Positions 1 to 10,748 of a stretch of DNA of 63,923 nt are shown piece after piece. The first letter of the stretch is position 1; each line of letters begins with the position of its first letter. A program made the translations under genes and the position numbers. The notes beneath the pieces are model-generated. The model saw only the letters and a program-made list of their open reading frames with translations. It was not told the origin of the DNA and did no database searches. The stretch comes from Klebsormidium nitens (taxonomy: Eukaryota > Plantae > Klebsormidiophyceae): NCBI GenBank assembly GCA_000708835.1, contig DF237472.1, positions 1-63,923 of the forward strand. Direction: 5' to 3'.

Positions 1-64
1 GATGTTTCATGAAATAAAACATGGACTTCTCCTGCCCCGAGTTGCCGCCCCGGGAGTCCGACAT
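1..64 (-). CDS. Possible first coding exon of a gene running off the left edge (MSDSRGGNSGQEKSMFYFMKH...)
   Basis: ATG at 64 (minus) open to the window edge; two TGACGTGG boxes lie upstream. Only 21 codons are visible and no homology is recognised. Confidence 0.3.
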   Translation of the reverse strand, partial: MSDSRGGNSGQEKSMFYFMKH

Positions 65-190
65 TTTCCGAACGCCGTGTCGTGTGCGGAAAAGTGCTGC
101 TTTCCTGCAAGTAGAGGTGGGAAAAACTCGGGTCTCGTGGTTCGAATCCTCCAAGGTTGCGGGTAGAAGACGAGACTTGTTTGAACATGC

Positions 191-267
191 TGACGTGGCG
201 CCCACTTAAAGGGCCGGTCTCCTCGTGTTATGGAATCTGCTGCATTCACTTTTGTCAGTTGACGTGG
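191..267. promoter_or_regulatory. Two TGACGTGG (CCACGTCA) bZIP/hexamer-type boxes
   Basis: Identical 8-mers at 191-198 and 260-267, 130-200 bp upstream of the candidate ATG at 64. Function is inferred only. Confidence 0.2.
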
Positions 268-1084
268 TAAGCTGTAATCGGTCGGCGACTGATGCCATTT
301 CCCATACTATTTCGCTTCGCTCCGGTACGCGGCACTGCTGCGCATTTTCTCGTGCGGATAATAACATAGGGCCCCGAGGGAGCGTCCTACTCATCGTCCG
401 GCAAGATGAGCCGCCGCGTAACTGGGACGTCGGCTGAAGGGATGCCGCGCTCCACGACGAGCGCCCGCGCTTCATCGACGATCTGCAGGTCAATCTGGCG
501 GGTCTTGTCATCGTAGCCCGCGCACTGGGATACTGAGGATTGAAAGCTCGCAATCATTGATTGCGTTTTGCCGGTCGACAAGTATAGGACGGTTAAGAGG
601 CCGACTGCAAGGTCTTTAGGAGGCAATTAAACTTCAAAGCCCTTCGAGCAAGAACAAGCAATCTCAGAACGAATATAACCAAATCGAGAGAACCCAGCGT
701 GCTTAAAACTGCCTTGGGATAACATTATGTTCCTTAAGATGTGCTGCCACCAACCACCATTCAGACACGAAAGTAATTTGAATGGACTCACCCTGCTAGA
801 GTTTGGGGGAAGAGCTCTGCGGGAGGCGCTGACTGATTGTGACCTTAAGGTACCGCGGTGGCCTCCAGATTGCCGTCACGCTCGTGCGGGCACGCACGGC
901 ACTGCCCCAAAAGAGTTTGCTGACTGGTAGGTCCACTGACATCATTGTGCCAACCCTGACGTCACGGGGAAGTTCGAACCGTCCCTGTCGGAGAGCCTCT
1001 GCTGCACCCGGCAGACGGGAGTAGAGTGGGTGTGCCTGCTGTGTAAGGAGCGGTTACTTAAAGTGTGGAAAGTAGAGAGGCAGG

Positions 1085-1375
1085 GCGACGGTTGGTGAAC
1101 AGCGGGGTGGCCCCCCGGAGTTTAGCACATGCGTCCAGATTCGAGTCGCCAGGTATAGCGACTCAGGTGGTCAAAATACACTTCAATCTCAGTTTGATCA
1201 CTTATTTCAGTGTTCGCTTGCGCGGCGTGGCGCTGGCCGGCCATCTCCTTCTTCCGGTCTTTCAAGTTTGGCTTCAAATTCGTCCCAGGATTTGCCTTTG
1301 TCTTCTAGATACCGTAGCCTACGACCGGCATTGCAGTGCATGCATGAAGCAGATATCCGCAGCATTTGCAAAAAA
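1085..1375 (-). pseudogene. Degenerate displaced copy of the terminal exon of O-fucosyltransferase 1
   Basis: Minus strand reads LEDKGKSWDEFEAK...RKKEMAG (exon 10: IEDKSWDEFQAEVRKWEMSG). AGTCGCTATACCTGGCGACTCGAATCTGGACGCATGTGCTAAACTCCGGGGGGCC matches AGTCGCAATATACGGCAACCCAATCCCGGACTGCATGTGCCAAAAGCCCGGCGGCC. Frameshifts and a stop are present; offset 1036-1082 bp. Confidence 0.7.
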
Positions 1376-2143
1376 ACCTCCCGAGTCGCGACAAGCACCG
1401 GCCGCGCGTTGTAGTCCACCATCTTACCACGTTTGAAAAGACCCCAATTAAAAGAGATATGCTCAACGTCCGATATGGCAGATCGCGACAGTCACTCACA
1501 TGCATCTGATGTGGAGCCGCATAGGTCGTAACTCGAGAGTCACTGGCTGGCTGGCTGCATGGCCTGTGACTCTTATTGCATGGACCGCGCTTATGGATCT
1601 ATATCTAACTTGCGCGGCATACAATGCAAGATTGGTACGGTACAATGGGATTAGGGTGCTGATCGATTGCTCAGTGAGCTCCGAGGCTCGCTACCACCTG
1701 GCAACGATTCGGTCGTAGCCGACACGAGGTATGGCAATGCATTGTGAGCCTAGAGCGTGTGGCGGACCAGCCAACCACCTACTACCATCCGCACGATCCG
1801 CACCGTTGTCAAGGCTCACTAAGTTCGGCCAGGTCAATTGCTCGTCAACTATGGAAGGCCACGACAGGATCCAAACTCGAGTAAGCATCGCTCAATGCAG
1901 CAGCGCGGCAATCTCAAGCAAACCAGATACTCGTACCTACTTATTGCGGACATGGTTGAGGCAGCCTAATACTACTTCCTCAATAAGTTTACGTGCATAT
2001 TCTTCAGTTACCTGGCAACCTGTGCTAGCTTCAGTTTTCAACACACCGCTTGCGACCGTCATCTACTGCGTCTACTGCCGAAACATCGCAACTGCTTGAC
2101 CTGGACACAAACCATAATAAACCCGTCTGAGTCTAGCTACGCA

Positions 2144-5100
2144 CTACAGTCCTGACGCTTCTGTGATTTTGACGGCGTTGATCAACGGCGGGCCGCCGGG
2201 CTTTTGGCACATGCAGTCCGGGATTGGGTTGCCGTATATTGCGACTGGGTACGCTTCTCCGCTTCGGTTGCGGGGTCCGCCGGACATCTCCCATTTCCGG
2301 ACCTCCGCTTGAAACTCGTCCCAGGACTTGTCTTCTATACAGGGCATGAGCCAATTGGGCAGCATTTGTGTCTTCTTGAAGCCCTTCCACGTGCGCTCCC
2401 CAGCAATCTGCCACCGCATCTGCAGAGAAGCAAGCATCCTTGAACGCTGTTGTAAAGTACAAATCTGGAAGCGTGATAATTACTGAGCGCGGATTGGGTC
2501 GTGGGCACTGCTTTCCGATATCATTGCCAAGCGAATCTTCAGAAGCCGACAATAATGAGTGCTTAGAGGAATTGAAGCACCTCAAGCCTTTTATCCGCTT
2601 CCAATGGGCTTTACTGATGGACAAAGAGAATCTTGCAGACATCAGTAGGTTGCAATCCTGACCAGCAACTTTTCGACCATTGGCACAAGCTTGTCCAAAA
2701 TCTCCTCCAATGCAGACTATTCGTCGACAACCGATCGCGTCCATCGGCTTTCGTCGAATAATGACTTTCATGACTCGTCGACAGCCAAAAGAAAATCTGG
2801 CGGACTTTACCTGCAACGTCGGCAGAAGATAGCAGTGTCCCAGCACACAGAGTGACTTTTTAGAGAAGTTTTCGCATCTTTTTTTCCCTACAACCAACGA
2901 GCTCTCATGAGATAACTATGGAGAGGATTCCCAAAGTCAGCCTCCACTCAAAATAAAGCGCTTACCTGTCCATGGAACGTCAGCGCCGCCACGTCAGCAT
3001 GCGTCAGCACGTACAAATCGACCGCTGCCATGAAGTTGGACTTGCCCTTCAACTCGGCGAGCTCCGCCGGGGAGAGCAGGCTGCGCTTGGTTTGCAACTG
3101 AGGGAACATCGCTTTGAAGTTCGCCATGTGGTACTCCGCCCGGTAGATCTTTCCCGAGGCCAGGTAGAGGGGCGTGTCGGGGCCGAACCTGGAAGAAAAG
3201 GTGCCACGTCTCAGCTTTGATTGTGGCGGGCAAATCGTGATTAGCTTCAACAGTTTGCATCCATGTTGATGAAGATTGCCTTGAAATATAGTGGGGTACT
3301 CTGCCCGGTACATCTACCCCCCGAGGCCAGGTAGAGAAGCGTGCCGAAGCAGAACCTGGGGAAAGTGTTTGCCAGGTGTCAGCTCTAGATGCGACATCAG
3401 ATGGTCAGAATTTTGGTGATGACTATTCAAGCGTTACTCAGCCGTCTTCGAATTCGCCATGTGTAACCTTGCCCAGTACACTTTCCCGAGGCCAGGTGGA
3501 GAGGCGTGTCGAGACCAAATCTTATGCAGAGACCATGCCAAGTGTAAGCTCAAAAGCTCGACTTACGTTCTCACTGAGAAAGAAGGAGTCACCGAGACAT
3601 CACCCCAGTCCTTGCAAGCAACTCAGCTTTGTCCAACACTCGGAGCGTCAACGTGAACACATCTCTGGCTGCACGGGTTTCTGCGACAGCGTCTCGCGAC
3701 TCCGACGGATACTGCCCGTCCATTCCAGAGGGTTCAGAAACAAGCCGAAAGAAGCAACGAGAACACCCTATGAGGACGGAGAAGCGAACTAGGAACAGAG
3801 ACTCACCCCAAACCTCGTAACCACTTGGCGACTTCTCGCGGCTCCGACGGGCACTGCCCGTCCTTCCGCAGCTGCTCAGCCGTACGGTCCGCCTCGGGCC
3901 ACTTGCGCTCCGTGCGCATCTGGGCGAAGTATGCGGCTTCGGCCTCGCCGCCGCCAAAATCGCAACTAGAGTGGGCCAGCATGTCCTGCAGATTTGGTGT
4001 GTAAAAATCCTTCAGTTTTTGAGGGAAATGAGTGATCGACGAGCGAAAAGCGCTCCGTGCGCATCTGGGCGAAGTATGCGGCTTCGGCCTCGCCGCCGCC
4101 AAAGTCACAACTAGAGTGGGCCAGCATGTCCTGCAAGTTTGGAATGTGCAATTCGTTCAGATCTGGGGCGTAAATAGATTCCCAATGTGCTCCGTATGCA
4201 TCTGGGCGGAGCATGCGGCCTCAATTTCGCCACATCGCCAAAGTCGCAACTAGAGGGGGCCAGCATGTCCTGCACGTGCCAATTTCGAGTTCTTTGGGAA
4301 TCTTGAAATAACCAGGTATTCATACTGAACCGGTTGCATTATGTGCGCGCCTGGGCGTTTACGCGGCCTCCGCTTCGCCAAAGTCGCAACTAGGGTGGGC
4401 CAACCTATCCTGCGCGTTTTGGGGGCTTCAGAAATTGTAACACACGCGTTTCAAGTGCTTATAACATCCTGCCCGGAACATTTGACCAGAAATCCTCACC
4501 TCTTCCAACCGCAGGTGCATCCCCACGAAACGGCCGCCCCCCATCGCTCGAATCTTTTCGACCCGCTTCTTGTCGTCGTAGCCGATACATATTAGTCTCA
4601 TCATCCGACAACATAGAAACAATCAAAACCAAGAAGTGAAATGCAAAGGAGTTACCTCTTCAAACCGCAGGTGCATCCCAACGAAACGCCCACCCCCCAT
4701 CCCCCGCATCTTTTCCACCAGCTTCTGGCCGAACCCGACGACCCGCTCCGAGAAGCGCAATGCATCGTACTTGGCGCGGCACCGCAGCTTCTCGTATTGC
4801 AAGGGCAGGTAGATCGCGAGCGGGTTGTAGAAGCCGAGACGGAACCACGCGACGCGGTGCTCTCTCAGGGCGGGAAGTTCTTCTCGGTAGTAGTCCTGAG
4901 AAAAAAATCACATTCAGATTCGTTTCTTTAGAGGTATGCAGAGGTTTATTTGTTACCTTCTTTTTCCCCACTCCCTCGCCTTTTCACATTTTCTGGACAG
5001 ATTGCGAGCGGGTTGTAAAAGCCGAGCCGGAACCACGCAACGCGGTGCTCTCTCAGGGCGGGTAGTTCTTCCCGGTAGTAATCCTGAGGAAAGAACGGCA

Positions 5101-8100
5101 ATCGTGACAAAGGCTGGAACATTGACGGGGTGAGCTTCTTCCTCACTTCTTCCAACCCTAATCGCTGTTTGTGTACTTGTAACAATAGGTCGCAAACGGA
5201 GAAGCCGAGGTGGAGATAACATCATCGTGTTCATTCAGGGCCGGTGCTTTTTCTTGGTAGTAATCCTGAAAGAGAATCAGCTTCCAGATGTTCCCAACCA
5301 TCTGCCCAGATGAGCAGATCTACGAAGTCTCCACCATGAAATCGCGAGCGGATTTAGAAGCCAAGCCGGAACATGCAACGCGGTGCTCTTTCAGGGCGGC
5401 TTGTTCGTCCCGGTAATAGTCCTGGGATACTTAAAGTTGGAAAACCTCGGAGGGACTCCAACACGGATGAGTTAAGCTTCAGATTCCCCCCAGTCTCGGT
5501 CGCTGTTTGATTGTTTTGGGCCTATATGTGACAACAGGTTTAGAAGCCGAGGCGTCAGCACGCGAAGCGGTGCTCTTTCAAAGTGGGTAGGTTTTCCCGG
5601 GTGATCGTCCTGCGCAACATTTTGAAACGTTCTTCTCACACCCCCCTCTTTCCCCCTTGGCCAACAAAAATTGAGCGGCTTGTGAAAGTATAGGCGGAAG
5701 CCCTTAACATTCCTAACCACCATAACCACGGAATCCTTAACCCCACCTCGGGTTGCCCCAGGTACTGCCGGTTGCCCATGTGCCACATGTCCTCGCTTTG
5801 CAGCTCTTTTGGCATTTCGTCCACGCGCACAATGTTGATCTCCTTGCGCAGCCGGTAGCGGAAGAAGTCCAGGTCGAAGATCTCGGAGAAGCCACTGCAA
5901 AGTGGGAGAGAACGATAAGACAAGGAGCCTTGGATTCTTCGTCGGTGCCTTCTTTTCCTTGCTCAGAAGCCTTACGTATCTTGAGTTCTGTTCAAAGATC
6001 TGCGATACCAAATTGCTGCGGGAAGATACAAGGATGGAAACGGTTCGTCACGTGTCTCATTTCTTTTCTTGCAGTTACTGGAGATTCTAACAAGTGTGTT
6101 ACTCCTTCGGTTTCCAAATCCACCTATTGCTTATCTACTTCATGTATATATAAAAGCCAACGACTCTTTGTGAGAAGACAGCATCAGGTTTCAAAGAAAG
6201 GTATCATCTCGTCTTCCAAAGCTTCGCGATTTGCAAGGATGAGATCTCAGACTCCGGTTCCCTTGTCTTCCTACGCACACTGATAAATGAAACACTTCGT
6301 GGAGGTGGAACATCTCAACCGCCACGTCATGGGAGACATGTTCTACGGCCACGATCTTGCGACCGCTAGTTTCTGCGGCTGAAAGTGCTGAGAAGGCTCT
6401 TCACCTGGCGTCTTTCCAGAACGCGTCGTACTCTAGCTTAGGAACCACCAGCGTCGCGTTCACAATGCGGGCCAGAGTCACTGCGTCGCAGATCTGCAGG
6501 GGGACGAGATGAGGTGAATACTTTGACAATATTTTTCGTTACAGACCCTATTGAAGACACAATGACTCAGGAACGACCAACCGTGTTCTAGCCTCATAGC
6601 AGTACGACCAACGCTTTGCTACTCAGCCTGATGTTTGACTTTATGTTCGCACTGATGTTTGATGAGTTGAAGACAAGTTCGCGAACGATGATGTGCAGAT
6701 CTACAAACATTCGGCAGCTAATCAACCTCGCTACAATCCATGTGTCTGTAGAATGAAGCTTGCAAAGCTGCTATACAGCGACGCCCTCCACTGAATGATT
6801 AGTCAGAAAACGAAGTTGCGGCTGTAAGTTGTTTTCCTAGAGATCCTAAGACTGCAGCAAGAAACAGCCAGTAAAAGGTGGCTCGGAAGTTCGATCATGC
6901 AAGCAATCGTACCAGAGAATTGCTTGCAAACAGTCCCAGGAAACTCCCAGACGGCGCAAAAGACCGTCAGCTCCATCGACGCGTTTCCTGTTGCAGAAAC
7001 CTGGATGTACGATACCTTCGTCCAGCTTTTGCGAGGAATTGCAAAAGGTCGATACTAGGGTCCGATGTTGCTGTAACTGGCGAACGGAAACCCCAAAAGG
7101 CACTTTCCTATGAGAGACTTCAACTTTTTACCTCGAACATCTGCTGGCTGAGGCCCCCATCCAGATTGACCATGATGTACCCGTTGGTTTCGTTGAGCGG
7201 GGTTGCAGCTGCAGAGTAAGACGGATGAGTTCGGTTGTGCGTCGACTTCTACGTTTAGTTAGATCAGTTCCCGGGCTCGAACAAACTAAAACCAGGGTTT
7301 AACAACAGCACGCTGAGCTCCCGAGCCCACCCTACACCCCCTATGCAACCTTACTCAACCCCAAGCAGGACTTGATACAACGTCGCCGCAACTTAATGCA
7401 AAGTGAACACTACTAGGACAAAGCATGCCTGCGGCTACAGGAGCCCATAAAGCTCAACCCGGCCCTGCATCCGTTGTGCGGCTTTCTAGATCGGCATGAT
7501 ATTGCAACCAGGAAAGGTGTCCTCTATCCAAACTTGTGCTTACTCTGTTCGAGATTGACACCCATCTGTTCAAGCTGACGCGCTTCAGCGCACCAACGCT
7601 AACTTTTCAAGGTAGGACCCTGCCAGATCTCTTCATGACGCAAGAGCACATGTGGCAGTGATATCAAGGCGTTTGGATTGGGAGCACATCACTCACGGGG
7701 ATAGTTCTTGGGCCGCTTGATGCAGGGCCGCCAGCCCTCGTCTGGCGGATCGTCCCACAGGTCCTCTGGCGGGTTCGTGGGCTGCAAAAGCGTGAGCGTT
7801 TTCGATGTCCTACTGAGCAACAAACAGCCTGTTGTAACGGCCTATCTCCAACCAGAGTACTCAGCCTGGTAGACTGGCAGCTTGCATTCTTGAGTCTCCT
7901 GAGATTTGCAGAAAGTGAGAACAACTGAGCAACTAGTTTCAATCCTTTGAAAACCAGCGAGACAGTAAGGCTGAATTATTACGTGTAGATTGAGAATATT
8001 GTTCAAGTTGACCATAGCATCTGAACATGTGGGACTCACCAGATCAGTGTCAGGGTTATGGAAGTCCTGCACGGAGAATGCACGTGTCAGAAACTTCGTT

Positions 8101-9638
8101 TCAAGTTCAACCATATTGGATTGTGCAAAGTCTACTCCAAGACAGGTGGAACCACATAATCTACAAAGAGCTGTGAAGCACCTGGCGAATCGGAATGGAA
8201 CATCAAGCTTCCCAAGGATTCTTCCATCCAACACAGCAAACTGCTACTGAGAAGCGGCATGGATTCCCCTGGCCACTCAAAAGTTTCAAGCCTTCAATGT
8301 TTGAAATGGAAGACCAACGAGATGAAATATCCGGTCCATCCAGTGATAAGATCCTTTGTACAGCCTTTGATGTAGATGGATGTGACAAGCACCCGAAAGA
8401 AGAAGCGACCCGCAGCCTTTACAGGCCCATCCCACAATTGATGCGCATGCTCCGCGCGCTCACCTCCGGCACCGGCATCGTTTCCCAGTCCCACCCACCA
8501 GCCTCTCCTTCCGGGGGGGTTTTTGTCACAGCTGCTTCTCCAGTCTCAGCACCCCCCCCTGAACCGTCGGCACCCGTTTCCAGGTCGCTCCGGCCTTCCC
8601 CTTGCGCATTCTCCTGCGCTTCCAAAGTCTCATCCCATTGCACCCGCGCGTCATTCTTTATGGTTATTTGCGACGACTGGCCTTTGCCCTTACCGCCCCC
8701 GACTTTGAAACCGTCCCTGCCGTGCTTGAGCGAAAAGCTGGAGGAGAGAAGAAGGTTCCTGAAAAGGCAGGAGGGAGGCATGGCATTAGCATCTTCAATA
8801 TGGGCACGAATATTGCATTTCAGCGACAGAGACCAAGGCGTCTCGACACCTAAGCATCTAGCTAATAAGTGAAGACAATAATGTGAAGAGCTCTGAAAGA
8901 GGTCACAGAAATGGATTCGACATCTGATGCAGATTGTCGATCGGTTTGGTTTGGATACGCGCCGAAAGAACTGGAGGCCTTTGCACCCGCCCCGTGCATT
9001 TGAAGACAGGGCAGAGAGAGCATCTGCAGAGCTGCTTGTGTTCAGCAGCAAAAGACACTATGATCAAGGTGACAGGATGGCATTGCACTGCACTGATCAT
9101 AAGCAGAACATATGAAGGGATTCATGGAGGCACATGGGCTTCTTTTGGAACTCACATGAGAAGAAGCCCGGCAAAGCGCGCACGTTGCAAAAGACGAAGG
9201 CAATCGTTAGTTAGGAACAGGAAAGGAGCTGTAAGATTCATGTGGTGCAGTGGACTAGCAGAACACAAGTACCACTGCTTCTTTCGACCACCAGCATGAG
9301 TACCAACTGGTTCTAGCAGTGGGTTTCTGGATTCTGCTCAGGATGTCATCATATTTTTTCAGACCCCCCAGCACAACGGGGCATTTTCACTTCACATGCA
9401 TGGATTGTTCCAGACTATCACACAGCATCAGCAAGCAGATGGTCAGCACAAACACATACATAGATCTGCGCTAAAGAACACTCCCGAATAAGCAGAGAGG
9501 TCTTTGTCCGACTCACGTTTCATCAACCTTAGGGCCACCTTTCAAGGCGGGCCTGATGAATGCCAAGCCTGCGCATACGGCGATGAGAAGCAGAATCCGC
9601 CAGCGCCTAGTAAAGCCTCCTTTTGGTCTTGGCGCCAT
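2144..9638 (-). CDS. O-fucosyltransferase family (plant GT106/RRT-like) type II membrane glycosyltransferase, paralog 1, ~577 aa, 10 exons
   Basis: Exons 9638-9517, 8758-8464, 7781-7697, 7208-7132, 6493-6405, 5894-5747, 4895-4656, 3985-3807, 3188-2966, 2419-2144; all GT-AG and phase-compatible. N-terminal signal anchor (RRWRILLLIAVCAGLAFIRP). Motifs: DLWDDPPDEGWRPC, GYIMVNLDGGLSQQMFEICDAVTLARIVNATLVVP, FSEIFDLDFF, KLRCRAKYDALRF, FVGMHLRFEEDML, QCPSEPREV, LYLASG, AVDLYVL, YGNPIPDCMC. Confidence 0.92.
2966..5625 (-). repeat. Exon-echo arrays in O-fucosyltransferase 1 (exons 7, 8, 9)
   Basis: Acceptor-side copies of exon 9 start at 3188 (real), 3355, 3520; exon 8 start at 3985 (real), 4130, 4269, 4409; exon 7 start at 4895 (real), 5083, 5265, 5421, 5609. 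Donor-side copies of exon 7 end at 4500 (real 4656) and of exon 8 at ~3600-3730. Confidence 0.9.
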
Positions 9639-10748
9639 TTGGATCCGGAAGCGGGGTCCACCCACGCCAGCACCCTATTAATGAATTCTTACAAGTCAGA
9701 AACTATCACATATTTGCCTCTGCTGTTGCAGCATTTCAGAGATCTGAAGGAACGATGAGACCAACACTTGAAAAATCCCGCACTTTTCGAGTTCCAAGAT
9801 TAAACCTCCAATCTCACTTGTGAACCACCTTCGTCTGCTTGCACAGCCTCCCTAATTTGCAAGCCCAACATGCGCGTTGAATTCGAATTTCGAAGGCTTC
9901 TTGAAGTTGAAGTTGTTCTTGCAAATTCCTCTTGGAATTTGGATTTTGCACCATTGAAATCTGACGTCAGGAATCGGATTCAGGAAGAGCAGTCTTCCAC
10001 AAGATCAAACGAGAGCGGCTTCCATTTCAAGCGAAAAAGGCGCACTCGAGCGGGAATGTTTACAACAACCGTCCGATGGCCAGAATACTGTCGAAGCAAA
10101 CCCATCGCAGCCGTCGGAGGGATACTAACCTGCGCGCGCTGATCGCGCGCTGATTGCTGCAACAGTGCAAGGCAAAACTTCGGACAGAAATTGCAGAAAC
10201 TTAGAAAGCAGAACTATGCTGCACAGGGGCGATGTTGGCAGGTGATTCGAAGGCCCAAGGGTAGGCGCAGCTTGGGACAGCCATTCATGCATACTACTAT
10301 GTAGCCTAGCGCGAGGTATAGGCCAGGATCTAGATCAAAGCCCTTTGTCACTGAGTCGCTGCTTCGATCAAGGGAATGAAGAGAAATATGTGGAGTTCAC
10401 TCCTGCATTGCGCCACTGCATAGCAATACGGAATTATCTTGAGGATCCTAGACAGGCTAGACTGTCTGCAGTAGAAAGTTCCTGTCTGACCAAAGTTCTT
10501 GCTTTTGGGCCCATCTTTCTATCTACCTAGTATGGCAGAGGACAGGGGGCTCAGATTCGGCTTTGGCAGTAAAGGTGCATTAAGCTGGTCATTGCAGTGA
10601 GCATGTTCCTCTGGAAATTACAGACCTTTGATTGTAAGAAAGTCGTCCCTGTGATGCGGGATCCCTCTGAGGCCGATTCGAGACGCTGGCCTCTGAAGTC
10701 CAGACCTTGATTGATCCTTGATCTAGGAAGCATGCTCTGCATTTGAGG

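Noticed and set aside
2133-2897. 254-aa minus ORF
   Set aside because: Alternative frame overlapping OFT1 exon 10 and its intron; no coherent product.
3807-5625. Echoes as mutually exclusive alternative exons (Dscam-like)
   Set aside because: Copies are half-exons (acceptor-side or donor-side only), and many carry indels or stops.
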